A stretch of 64,000 bases of DNA from a virus (taxonomy: Duplodnaviria > Heunggongvirae > Uroviricota > Caudoviricetes), in IMG/VR virus record IMGVR_UViG_3300009034_000003; one strand, given 5' to 3'. The position numbers and the translations under genes were made by a program. This document shows, piece after piece, positions 38,149-46,935 of this stretch. Under the pieces are notes generated by a model. The model had not been told where the DNA came from, did no database searches, and saw nothing but the letters and a program-made list of their open reading frames with translations. How positions within the stretch are numbered: position 1 is the first letter of the stretch; every line of letters begins with the position of its first letter.

Positions 38149-38563
38149 GGAGCTAGACTTATTGGCAACAGCGTATGTGAAGAATTACGCTCTTGCGGTT
38201 CCGCCGCCACAACGCCCTGTAGAAGTTAGTCCGGTAGCAGAAGAACTTGTAGACGCTGGTCTTCTCAAAGAAGACTACACGCTTGCAGAAAAGCCTCTTG
38301 GCAACGAGAGAATCAATTTGGTAAGGCCTACCGTAAAGGGGATAGCTGTTCTAAAAGAGATGGATCCCGTACGGGTGCTCGAAGCCCTTGTGCGGACGGA
38401 TGCTACTGGTGCAGGTACTGGTATTGCTGTTTTCTGGATACTTCGGCGGTTGTCTCTTGAGCAATTGCCTTTGGTCTTGTCGCATGAAATGGAGAGCTTG
38501 CGCAAGGCAGCAAAAACAAGGATGGATGAATTCGAGGGGGATGAAGCAAGTAGATCTGAGTAA
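38117..38563 (+). CDS. HEAT-tail family protein
   Basis: C-terminal EQLPLVLSHEMESLRKAAKTRMDEFE. Confidence 0.55.
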   Translation: MDPTTVKLTDEELDLLATAYVKNYALAVPPPQRPVEVSPVAEELVDAGLLKEDYTLAEKPLGNERINLVRPTVKGIAVLKEMDPVRVLEALVRTDATGAGTGIAVFWILRRLSLEQLPLVLSHEMESLRKAAKTRMDEFEGDEASRSE

Positions 38564-39080
38564 ATTGGAAATGGAAGACGCGTTCGCTGTTTCTGTGGCC
38601 CGTGCTACTGCAGTCCTTCGAGGAGAAGTAGTGCGTATGGCCGCGAATAGGAAACCTGTGCCTGTGCACAGCTGTCTCAATGGCAGAGGATGCTACATGA
38701 TAAGAGCGTTTTTTGACCGGTTAGTGGATTTCCGGTTTGTTCGGCCGACATCTTATGGAGGTTTCAATATAACTGATGTAGATCGAGAGCTGGAACGGTA
38801 CGGATTGATCAAGATTATTGAGAAACCACAAGAGCAAGGGTATCTTCTAGGAGAGGCAATTACAACGGCTGCGCAGTTTAGTGTAGAGGTCACCGAGGAT
38901 GGCGAAGAATTTATTGAGAATGTCGATCCTATGGAATTGGCTTATTCTTTTATAAGGCAAGAGCTCCTTCCGCTGCTGGAGCGATTGATGCCTATGCTTG
39001 GGAAGGAAGCGTTGCCTGTATTTCTAACCCATTGGTCCCCCCGCGTACAGGAGATTGCTTTATCGTGTTTAGAGAGGTAG
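38541..39080 (+). CDS. HEAT-tail family protein
   Basis: C-terminal EALPVFLTHWSPRVQEIALSCLER; start moved to the Met after gaggggg (ORF track starts at 38388, overlapping the upstream gene). Confidence 0.45.
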   Translation: MKQVDLSKLEMEDAFAVSVARATAVLRGEVVRMAANRKPVPVHSCLNGRGCYMIRAFFDRLVDFRFVRPTSYGGFNITDVDRELERYGLIKIIEKPQEQGYLLGEAITTAAQFSVEVTEDGEEFIENVDPMELAYSFIRQELLPLLERLMPMLGKEALPVFLTHWSPRVQEIALSCLER

Positions 39081-39424
39081 TAACCGTGCCCGATGTACTA
39101 TTTCATAGAGTCTTGGGCGGCTATAGCGGTGAAACTGCAGAGAGTATAGAGCACGCCATTGAGGACATTATGAAAGTAGGTCTAGTGCCAAAAGTGGCGG
39201 ACGAATACAAAGGACTTGTTCCCGAAGAAATAAGGGATCGGCCTATCATTTGGCTAGGACGAGCAGATTTTTTCTCGCATAGTGAACAGGTGTTGTCTAT
39301 AAGAACAAAGTATCTTGATCCGGAGAGTTTATACGACTTGCAGCTAGATGATGTCGACTGGTGGGTGTATCAGGGACATATTCCACCGGAAGCTATTCGG
39401 AGAATTTCGACAGAAGGAGAATAA
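39032..39424 (+). CDS. hypothetical protein
   Basis: 130 aa. Confidence 0.4.
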   Translation: MVPPRTGDCFIVFREVVTVPDVLFHRVLGGYSGETAESIEHAIEDIMKVGLVPKVADEYKGLVPEEIRDRPIIWLGRADFFSHSEQVLSIRTKYLDPESLYDLQLDDVDWWVYQGHIPPEAIRRISTEGE

Positions 39425-39427
39425 CGT

Positions 39428-40462
39428 ATGAGTACGCGACTGGATCCGTCACCAATAGATTTTGAAAAACTTCGCCATAAGTTCTCAAGTATTCATGGCT
39501 TGACTATAGGCGATCAGACTCTGGATAGGAATTGCTCAGGGCAGTACGAAGGGTACTCAAGAGAGAAGGAGAGTCTTCCGATTTTTAGGGTTGCGCACGA
39601 GGTTTTTGGGCCAGGTGGTGCAGGTAACCTTGCTGCCAACTACTCCACCCTTGGTATCGGAACATCTGTTGCAGGTGTATGGGGTTATCCAACCGATCCT
39701 CATCGGAGATTGCTGGAGATGAGGTTCGATGAACTGGGGATAGATGCTACAGGTATGGTAGAGGGAGCGAGCACTCCCACTTTTGAAAAGTACTACTTTC
39801 CGAATGGAATGCATGTTATAAGGGTTGATGTTGCTTCTGGTGATTTGGCGGACTCTACAAGGCGCCAACTTATCGAGAGAGTCAGTCATTTTTTATCTAT
39901 TGACTTGGATTTTGTAGCTGTTGCTGACTACGATGATACAGGAAAGGGTGTGTGTAGCCAGCAGGTTCTGGAAGCAGTTGCATCTAGTGCATTGGTTCAG
40001 TTCGGAACTAGTAGACAGGGGATAAGGTCGTTCGTCGGTTTCGATACGTTGATGATTAACGAAAAGGAACTCTTTGAGTCCGTAGGAGACAGGCATCCGG
40101 ACCCCGAACGCAAAGCGGTATCGCTAATGTCTGTAACACAATCTAAGAAATTGGCTGTGACTCTCGGTGGACGCGGGATCCGTCTCTATCAGAGGAGCGG
40201 AAAGGTTATTGATTTAACCAGGGAAAACCCACTTAACGCAGCTGATGTTCCGGCATTTCCATTGGATGGTATGATAGATACTTGTGGATGTGGTGATACT
40301 TCTTTTGCGATGCTTTCTGCTAGTTTGGTGGCCGGATATACGTTCAAGGAGAGTGCCGTTCTCGCTAATAGTGCAGCTCGAGCAGCTGCGCGAAAGCTTT
40401 TTGGAGCTCATCCAGTTACTCTTGAAGAGGTAGAACGGGAATATAGGGAAGTGTATAGTTAG
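39428..40462 (+). CDS. PfkB-family sugar kinase resembling HldE domain I (D-glycero-beta-D-manno-heptose-7-phosphate kinase)
   Basis: GPGGAGNLAAN (compare RPGGAANVA), DTCGCGDTSFA (compare DVTGAGDTV) and C-terminal ANSAARAAARKLFGAHPVTLEEVE (compare [23 protein letters not shown]). Confidence 0.6.
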   Translation: MSTRLDPSPIDFEKLRHKFSSIHGLTIGDQTLDRNCSGQYEGYSREKESLPIFRVAHEVFGPGGAGNLAANYSTLGIGTSVAGVWGYPTDPHRRLLEMRFDELGIDATGMVEGASTPTFEKYYFPNGMHVIRVDVASGDLADSTRRQLIERVSHFLSIDLDFVAVADYDDTGKGVCSQQVLEAVASSALVQFGTSRQGIRSFVGFDTLMINEKELFESVGDRHPDPERKAVSLMSVTQSKKLAVTLGGRGIRLYQRSGKVIDLTRENPLNAADVPAFPLDGMIDTCGCGDTSFAMLSASLVAGYTFKESAVLANSAARAAARKLFGAHPVTLEEVEREYREVYS

Positions 40463-40482
40463 TACAGTAGGAGGAATGGTAT

Positions 40483-40713
40483 ATGGGTGAAGAGCAACTA
40501 AAGGAGATAGCTGAAGAGACTATAGAGGATCTTAACCTTAGCTTAGAGATAAGCATTCGTCAAACATTAAGCAAGAGAATGGAGCGACTGGAGAGGGACC
40601 GCATTTATCTTGGTAATGGGTACCACAGAGCTCAAAAGATGACCGCAAAGCTAATGCCTGGGATCAAAGAGCTTTTACCCGGTCTGGTGAATGAAGCTTT
40701 GCATATCGAATGA
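40483..40713 (+). CDS. hypothetical protein
   Basis: 76 aa; ggaggaatggtatATG RBS. Confidence 0.45.
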   Translation: MGEEQLKEIAEETIEDLNLSLEISIRQTLSKRMERLERDRIYLGNGYHRAQKMTAKLMPGIKELLPGLVNEALHIE

Positions 40714-41228
40714 GTGATAGTAACTTATCGGATTTGCATCTAAATATATTGGTCACTGTTTACTATACCAAAGGATCAGTATGCGTTGATGATCTCCGTG
40801 ACACATACAATTTTCTTGTGAAAGCAGGCCTAATGCGCTATACCGGGATGATGCGCGATATAGTTGCTATTCGTTCTATGTCTAGTCCTATGCTTGTAGA
40901 GAGGGTACCTGGACCAACAATACATATAGCCGTTGCCGCTACGGAGGAAGGCCAAGAGTTAGTTGCGGGCATGAATATTGCTCGTAAGGTTGAAGCGTGC
41001 GTTGCTATGGGAGATATTGAAGCTACTAAGGCACTTGCAAATAGTCTTTCTATGGAAGAGCTTCCGCCGTTACTTGCTAGCGACTGTGGATTTGTTAGGA
41101 GTGCTGCGAAAGATAGATTGACTGCTCTTGGGGATGATACGCAAGTAGAAAAGGATTCTGGCGGGAAGATGTATTTCATCGATGTACACGGAGGACATGT
41201 TGCATGCATCAAAGGGCTCGCGAATTGA
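40710..41228 (+). CDS. HEAT-tail family protein
   Basis: HLNILVTVYYT N-terminal motif; C-terminal EELPPLLASDCGFVRSAAKDRLTALG. Confidence 0.55.
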   Translation: MSDSNLSDLHLNILVTVYYTKGSVCVDDLRDTYNFLVKAGLMRYTGMMRDIVAIRSMSSPMLVERVPGPTIHIAVAATEEGQELVAGMNIARKVEACVAMGDIEATKALANSLSMEELPPLLASDCGFVRSAAKDRLTALGDDTQVEKDSGGKMYFIDVHGGHVACIKGLAN

Positions 41229-41452
41229 CAAATAAGTGGCGCGTACTCGCTGCACTTATGGACGGCGTGTCTCTTGAGGCACTACCTTCGCTCCTAGCTA
41301 GTGAGGATACTATGACGAGGGAGTTAGCTAGCAGGAGACTCCAGGAGTGTCTAGATTCTATGTCCGCTGAAGAGCTTCCGAGGTTTTTGGCTGATACAGA
41401 TTCCTTGGTGCGTGAGGTTGCAGGCGATCTGTTAGAAAGAAAGGTAAAGTGA
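41204..41452 (+). CDS. HEAT-tail family protein with two tandem HEAT-like repeats
   Basis: EALPSLLASEDTMTRELASRRLQECL and EELPRFLADTDSLVREVAGDLLERK. Confidence 0.5.
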   Translation: MHQRARELTNKWRVLAALMDGVSLEALPSLLASEDTMTRELASRRLQECLDSMSAEELPRFLADTDSLVREVAGDLLERKVK

Positions 41453-41458
41453 AGTCTC

Positions 41459-42004
41459 ATGATTTTGTCAAAAGAGGAGCTACTGGAGGATCTTGAAGCG
41501 TTCAGGCATATGGGCCGTAAAATTGTCACTACTAATGGTGTTTACGATATCATTCATGTAGGGCATACACGTTATTTGGAGGGCGCAAGGACGTGTGGTG
41601 ATATACTGATTGTGTTACTGAATAGCGATGAGTCGGTCCGTAATATTAAGGGGGCGGGCAGGCCTTTGGTTCCTGAGATGGAGAGGGCAGAGGTTCTTGA
41701 CTCTCTTGGAACCGTTGATTATGTAGTTTTGTTCAATGAACCAACACCGGATGCGCTACTCTCTGAGATAAGACCCGATGTTCATGTAAAGGGCGGGAAC
41801 TACGCTGTTAACGAGTTACCAGAAGCTGAGCTGGTTGAGTCTCTTGGTGGAACGGTCCTCACCTTAAACTATGTCGCGGGGAGGTCTACAACTAAACTGA
41901 TACAGGAGATCGTGACAAGATTTGGTACTTTCACTAAGGCGGTGCGAGCAGAAGAGCCCGATCCTAGTCAGGGTGCAGAGCCGACTGGAGGGAAAAATGG
42001 CTAA
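41459..42004 (+). CDS. D-glycero-beta-D-manno-heptose-1-phosphate adenylyltransferase (HldE domain II / RfaE-II-like cytidylyltransferase fold)
   Basis: NGVYDIIHVGHTRYLEGA (HxGH nucleotidyltransferase motif), NSDESVRNIKGAGRPLVP, VDYVVLFNEPTPDALLSEIRPDVHVKGGNY and GGTVLTLNYVAGRSTTKLIQEI closely follow the HldE-II consensus. Confidence 0.7.
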   Translation: MILSKEELLEDLEAFRHMGRKIVTTNGVYDIIHVGHTRYLEGARTCGDILIVLLNSDESVRNIKGAGRPLVPEMERAEVLDSLGTVDYVVLFNEPTPDALLSEIRPDVHVKGGNYAVNELPEAELVESLGGTVLTLNYVAGRSTTKLIQEIVTRFGTFTKAVRAEEPDPSQGAEPTGGKNG

Positions 42005-42530
42005 GGCAATGGTGTTGATAGCTGACGGCGTTGAGGATTTAGAGTTCTTCTATCCCAAGATTCGCCTTGAGGAAGCGGGCTTTGAAGTGTTAGTGGTAGG
42101 TGAGCTGGCGCAGGAATATGAGACGAAGCACGGGTATAAGGTTGACGCCCAAATAGCGTCGATCAATGATGCCCTGGAATGCTCTGTGTTAATTATTCCA
42201 GGTGGGACAGCTCCGGATAAACTGCGCCAAGATCCACAGATGCTTGAGATCACAAGGGAAATGGTGAATGCAGGGAAGATTGTTGGAGCTATATGTCACG
42301 GGCCCTTGGTGCTAGTTTCTGCTAAGGTGGTTGAAGGGAGAACGATGACTTCGTGGCCAGGGATTAAGGATGACCTTGTGAATGCTGGTGCTGATTGGAT
42401 AGATATGCCCGTGGTTCGTGATAGGAATATGGTAACAAGTAGGAAGCCGGATGATCTCTCCGCTTTTATGGAAGCGATTTGCAGTATGGCTGAGGTAGCG
42501 CGGCTATATCCTGAGGGGCAAACACAGTGA
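41997..42530 (+). CDS. DJ-1/PfpI family protein
   Basis: VLIADGVEDLEF...IPGG...AICHGP (nucleophile Cys elbow); start moved to the Met after ggaggg. Confidence 0.65.
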   Translation: MAKAMVLIADGVEDLEFFYPKIRLEEAGFEVLVVGELAQEYETKHGYKVDAQIASINDALECSVLIIPGGTAPDKLRQDPQMLEITREMVNAGKIVGAICHGPLVLVSAKVVEGRTMTSWPGIKDDLVNAGADWIDMPVVRDRNMVTSRKPDDLSAFMEAICSMAEVARLYPEGQTQ

Positions 42531-42784
42531 CTGCTGGTAGGTTAGCAAATGTACAGAAGGCTTATGAGAACAATTTAGGATTTCGGAAGGGGCAAACGGT
42601 TCTTGTGTATACAGGAGGTGTTCGTCATGTCTTTCGGGGTGTAGCAAATCTGCGCATAAACCTTGGCGATAGTATTTTGACCATAGAGATGCCGGGTGGC
42701 AACACCGTTTTTCATAGCTGGAGCGGTTTAGGTGTTGTTGATGCGGAGCAGGCTGGTACTTTTGAACTGAAGCAAATGTCCTAG
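42527..42784 (+). CDS. hypothetical protein
   Basis: 85 aa. Confidence 0.4.
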   Translation: MTAGRLANVQKAYENNLGFRKGQTVLVYTGGVRHVFRGVANLRINLGDSILTIEMPGGNTVFHSWSGLGVVDAEQAGTFELKQMS

Positions 42785-42847
42785 TAACATGTGAAATTTT
42801 GTGACTTCTCGTGCCGGATTTCATATAATAAAATGAGGAGGCTTATT

Positions 42848-43360
42848 ATGGCTTTAACTGACATCAAAACCTCGATCATAAATGCAAAGGGTAGAAAAGA
42901 TGGGGAAAGGGTTGCGATAAGGTATCTAGACCCGAGAATGCGACAGTTCATCCTGGCTAACAGGGTGTATGTTCTTTCACGGGTGCACCACAAACCCATT
43001 GTGTTATTAACCCCCAAGCGAGACGCCACTCTCATCGATACTGATCTTGTTTCAGAGGTTATCAGAGTAGTGCAAAGATGTGCAGATCAGATCAATAGCA
43101 AACGCACAGTTCAATCGCTGGCCACCTTTGCCCAACTAGAGAGGATGCTAGAGTTGGCTGAAATCCTCGCCAAGCGAAAGGATAACGCTATTTTGCTACC
43201 GGCGAAGCTCTGGAAGCTCAAGCATGGTGAGGCTGGTAGGTGGATCCACGATGCTAAAACCATTTTGATAGATGAAGGTATGTGGGACGATGTGGAAAAG
43301 TGCGAGATTCCCAAAGTTCCTAGGAAAGGAGTCAAAAGTGGAAAAAGAGCAGCCGACTGA
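42848..43360 (+). CDS. hypothetical protein
   Basis: aatgaggaggcttattATG RBS; 170 aa. Confidence 0.45.
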   Translation: MALTDIKTSIINAKGRKDGERVAIRYLDPRMRQFILANRVYVLSRVHHKPIVLLTPKRDATLIDTDLVSEVIRVVQRCADQINSKRTVQSLATFAQLERMLELAEILAKRKDNAILLPAKLWKLKHGEAGRWIHDAKTILIDEGMWDDVEKCEIPKVPRKGVKSGKRAAD

Positions 43361-43733
43361 TGATGCTCCTCGACAGAGTTTCCGTGTTGTCGGTGGAGCC
43401 GAGGCAGCGAAGGTGGAGGTACAACCTCCTGTGTCAGGTGCACGTAAGATTGTTGCTTTAACCTCCATCAGAAACGACTATTTTCTAGTGGTGCCTGTAA
43501 GAGATACTCCCGCCGAGGGATTTTCTCTTAGGGAGGATGGATACGAGGCGCACGAGGCCAAAGGTCAAGTTGAAGCCCTTCTTGGTCCTAATGCCTATCT
43601 TGATGGAGCCGTTTGGGCAAAGGCTATTTCTATGGTCAAGTCCGGCGGGAAAGTGAAATTGATTCTCGGGGAGGTTCCTATTAAGGTAGAAGACGAAAAG
43701 AAGTTTCCCATTGAGATCCAGAAAGGTACCTGA
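43338..43733 (+). CDS. hypothetical protein
   Basis: GTG start after aaggag RBS; ORF track begins at 43272. Confidence 0.35.
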   Translation: MEKEQPTDDAPRQSFRVVGGAEAAKVEVQPPVSGARKIVALTSIRNDYFLVVPVRDTPAEGFSLREDGYEAHEAKGQVEALLGPNAYLDGAVWAKAISMVKSGGKVKLILGEVPIKVEDEKKFPIEIQKGT

Positions 43734-43932
43734 GAGAACACCCTTTGTAAAAGGGAAGTGCGTAGAATGCGCTAGTGCTGATCTTATACTGGTTCTTGGC
43801 GAGCCTGCGGACTCAATTCGTTGGCACTTGGTTGAGCCCGTTTATTGTTCTCATTGTGATATTTGGCTGGTCGCCGCAATCAGGGATACGGCCGGGAGGT
43901 TCTGGGGTAGGAGGCATATTTGGCATGACTGA
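43711..43932 (+). CDS. possible zinc-ribbon small protein
   Basis: CVEC...CSHC; overlaps neighbours, so uncertain. Confidence 0.25.
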   Translation: MRSRKVPERTPFVKGKCVECASADLILVLGEPADSIRWHLVEPVYCSHCDIWLVAAIRDTAGRFWGRRHIWHD

Positions 43933-44383
43933 AACAGTCACAGACGATGTTGTAACTGTTAGCGATGCTTGCAGGGTGCTGGGAGTTACACCACAAACTA
44001 TCTATAAGTTAATTAAGGCAGAAAAGGTTAAGGCGTTTAAGCTTCCAGGACGAACATCTCCCTATAGAATTTACAGGCAGTCGCTAGACGACTATGCCGG
44101 AATCCTTTCGACCAGTTCCCCGTTTGTCCATATTCTCAGGGAGACGTTTCCCGAGGGCTCGTTGCATTTAGAGGTTTTGGAACTGAGATTTAGAGCCGGG
44201 CTTGATGACGACGGTATTTGCAATAAGCTGGGAACTACTCCGGAGAGAGTTTATCGCTGGGTTGTTGAGGCCTTGGTAGCTCTTGCTCCAGTAGTGAAGG
44301 AGAGATTGATATACAGAGATGTGAAGGACGATAAGTTTGCTCTGCGAGTTATGGCGCAGCTTTATTTGGCCGAGGAGGAATAG
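43925..44383 (+). CDS. HTH (excisionase/MerR-like) DNA-binding protein
   Basis: VSDACRVLGVTPQTIYKLIKAEKVKAFKLPGRTSPYRIYRQSLDDY matches the excisionase-type HTH_17 pattern. Confidence 0.5.
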   Translation: MTETVTDDVVTVSDACRVLGVTPQTIYKLIKAEKVKAFKLPGRTSPYRIYRQSLDDYAGILSTSSPFVHILRETFPEGSLHLEVLELRFRAGLDDDGICNKLGTTPERVYRWVVEALVALAPVVKERLIYRDVKDDKFALRVMAQLYLAEEE

Positions 44384-44386
44384 GGT

Positions 44387-44743
44387 ATGGCTTTGTTAGA
44401 TGACAGAGTTCCCGACGGATCGGATAATATTACATTGGAACTCCTGCAGCGTTGTACAGGGCATTACTGTGTTGTGAAGTATTCACCAACGGAAGACCCT
44501 GAAGCACGTGTTATTGTTGTAGGCCTTTGTAATACCTTGTATATAGGGTCTGCGTTGGCCGACGATGCAGATCCCGCATACGATGCAAGGCTCCCCAACA
44601 CGAAAATCACTGTGCTTAAAGGTTTTGAGGAGGTTCCCATTAAAAGTATCGACATTGAGTACATGTACGCTGTCGATCTACCAGTAGGTCCTAACCCTGA
44701 TCTTATCGCAGAGTTGATAGGTTTAAGAGAGGGTATTAGATGA
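44387..44743 (+). CDS. hypothetical protein
   Basis: 118 aa. Confidence 0.45.
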   Translation: MALLDDRVPDGSDNITLELLQRCTGHYCVVKYSPTEDPEARVIVVGLCNTLYIGSALADDADPAYDARLPNTKITVLKGFEEVPIKSIDIEYMYAVDLPVGPNPDLIAELIGLREGIR

Positions 44744-44976
44744 GAATTGCAGTTGACATAAGTAAGGGGCAAGGGCCTGTTGATTCTCTAGATTGTTTTG
44801 GGTGTGAAAAGCCGGTAACGCCTGTGGAGACTCGTCCTAACTCCGTTGTTTGGTATTGTCAGGCCTGTGATGTTTTCCATGAGACTACAGCAACAGGAGT
44901 AAGGCTTAGGTCTTTTAGGAAAGAGAATAACAATATTATTGTTTTGCAAGGGGCGGGCGATGGAGCTATCGGTTGA
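44740..44976 (+). CDS. zinc-ribbon protein
   Basis: CFGCEK...CQACD. Confidence 0.4.
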   Translation: MRIAVDISKGQGPVDSLDCFGCEKPVTPVETRPNSVVWYCQACDVFHETTATGVRLRSFRKENNNIIVLQGAGDGAIG

Positions 44977-45241
44977 GCGTCTTGTTGATGGTATGCAGGA
45001 GACCTTGGAGACGGAGGGTTTTGTTCTTTATTCTAAGTCTCTCAGAGATAAGATGTCGTTGTTGGTGATGTTTCATCCCGACCAAGAGAGGTTCGTGTTT
45101 TACGTCTTCAAGAACGATTCTCTAGGAGAGTGCGAACGCATCGACGTTTTTGTCCATATGGCCGTGGCGAAGGCGGCTGCATCTAGGTCACAGGAGGATC
45201 AACAAGAGGATGGAGATATTTGGCTTAGAGATAACCAATGA
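44939..45241 (+). CDS. hypothetical protein
   Basis: 100 aa. Confidence 0.4.
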   Translation: MFCKGRAMELSVERLVDGMQETLETEGFVLYSKSLRDKMSLLVMFHPDQERFVFYVFKNDSLGECERIDVFVHMAVAKAAASRSQEDQQEDGDIWLRDNQ

Positions 45242-46271
45242 GACACTTGAGCGTGCTTTGATCAAAGCGTATCATCAAGATCTCGGTATACGCGACTATG
45301 AAGTTGAATTTAGTTCTGAGATTCCGGGAAGGCGTCTTGCGAAGGTAACTCTCTTCATCCAGACAGCTTCCGGCGTAAAGTCTATGGAGATATTGGTCAA
45401 AGAGTGCTCTGAGCACGAGCTTGTGGTATTGAGCATTGCAAATAAGCTTCTGCCTTATTCTAGTCCCAAGGTGATCCTCTACAGACCCGCTGCTAAAGGA
45501 ATGTGGGTACTCTTAGAGAACGTTTCTAAGTGGGTTGATATTGGAGGCGAAAGTCGCACAAACGAGAGCATGTTGGATGGGCTTTTCGCGATCCATAAGG
45601 TGTTTTTCGACAATGTGCAAGCTTTGCTGGATAATTTTAATGTGTTTTCGGTTGTTACCAAAGAGACATTGAGGTCAGGCGTCTTACGCGCTTTGCAGGA
45701 CGTAGACGAGATACGCTCGGATCGCGTTGTGGTAGAGCTTTTTGAGGACTGGAGTCAGGTTCAAGAGAGTGCTAATTCTAAACTGAGCAGCTTGGATAAG
45801 CTAGACTTCCCGATGACCGTTTTACACGGGAGTTATTACCCTAACACCGTGAGAGGGATGCGCGACGCGGAGGGTCGATTCCATGTTGTTGCTTACGATT
45901 GGCAGTACAGCGGAATAGGATGGCCGCAGATAGATCTAGCACTGCTACTTGACAGATTAGATTTGATCGCGGAGTCTCGGGGCCAGAAGGGTCCTTCACC
46001 TGTGTTGTTGGAGAGATATTGGACGCGGGTGCATGAGGAATTCGGGAGAGTGGACTATGATCAATTCAAGAGCGTGTATGAGGTTTGCTATCTCTATAGA
46101 GCTGTTCCACTGATACGGTGGCATGCAAAGAATTTCGCTGCCCATCCTTCGCAAGGACCAGGCAGGGCGGTTCGTGAAATTAAGATGAAGCTTGATAGGA
46201 TCATTGGCAAGGAGAGTGAGCAGGTTTCAGAGGATTCGGGGGTTTCATATGGCGCGCAAGCGCAAGCGTAA
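45210..46271 (+). CDS. protein-kinase-like fold (APH/phosphotransferase family) protein with altered catalytic motif
   Basis: HGSYYPNTV (compare HGDxxPxN; Asp replaced by Ser) and DWQYSGIG (compare DFE..G). Confidence 0.4.
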   Translation: MEIFGLEITNETLERALIKAYHQDLGIRDYEVEFSSEIPGRRLAKVTLFIQTASGVKSMEILVKECSEHELVVLSIANKLLPYSSPKVILYRPAAKGMWVLLENVSKWVDIGGESRTNESMLDGLFAIHKVFFDNVQALLDNFNVFSVVTKETLRSGVLRALQDVDEIRSDRVVVELFEDWSQVQESANSKLSSLDKLDFPMTVLHGSYYPNTVRGMRDAEGRFHVVAYDWQYSGIGWPQIDLALLLDRLDLIAESRGQKGPSPVLLERYWTRVHEEFGRVDYDQFKSVYEVCYLYRAVPLIRWHAKNFAAHPSQGPGRAVREIKMKLDRIIGKESEQVSEDSGVSYGAQAQA

Positions 46272-46548
46272 GCATTTTTGGGGTGATGATATAAGGCCTC
46301 AACTACCTTTCCCCCTTACTGTTGAGAGCATATTTCAAGGTTGGAGGGATACGGTAGTTATTGAGGAGATGTGTTTTTTACGCTGTTCTAAGTGCGGGAA
46401 GATTTTTGCTATTTTGAAGAGCGAGTGTCAAAAGGAGTTGGACTGCCCTCGCTGCAACATCACTGCTGATTACATTTGGGAAGAAGAGGATTTTTTAATT
46501 AGTTTGCTCAAGAGGCTATTAAACTCTGACGGTAAGAGTACTTTGTGA
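46249..46548 (+). CDS. zinc-ribbon protein
   Basis: CSKCGK...CPRCN. Confidence 0.4.
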   Translation: MARKRKRKHFWGDDIRPQLPFPLTVESIFQGWRDTVVIEEMCFLRCSKCGKIFAILKSECQKELDCPRCNITADYIWEEEDFLISLLKRLLNSDGKSTL

Positions 46549-46569
46549 ACCAATTAGAGGTGACAGGTT

Positions 46570-46935
46570 TTGAACGATTTTTCTAGCGAACTTCTTGATG
46601 TGAAAGTAGATATTACAGGAGAAGAAGGGGAATTCTTCATTGAGGCAAGTTTCCCTAGGATAGTTCCGGTAACCGAGCATACGGAGCGGAGTCTCGCCGA
46701 GCGTTTACATCGCAACGTGTGTAACTCTATGAGATCGCGCTTGCATGTTTTTAATAATCTACTCAACCTTGTGGCCAGAAAGGGTAATCTGGCGCATTGG
46801 CAGGAGCTAGACGTGAGTCTTACTGCGCTTGCTGTAATGCTAGAGGAAAGAGGATTGGATGAAGCTCTCAATTGCATTAGACCAGCGGCTGAAGGAGCTG
46901 CGAGCGTGGCGCCAGGAGGTTGTACTGGCAATTAG
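46570..46935 (+). CDS. hypothetical protein
   Basis: 121 aa. Confidence 0.4.
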   Translation: MNDFSSELLDVKVDITGEEGEFFIEASFPRIVPVTEHTERSLAERLHRNVCNSMRSRLHVFNNLLNLVARKGNLAHWQELDVSLTALAVMLEERGLDEALNCIRPAAEGAASVAPGGCTGN

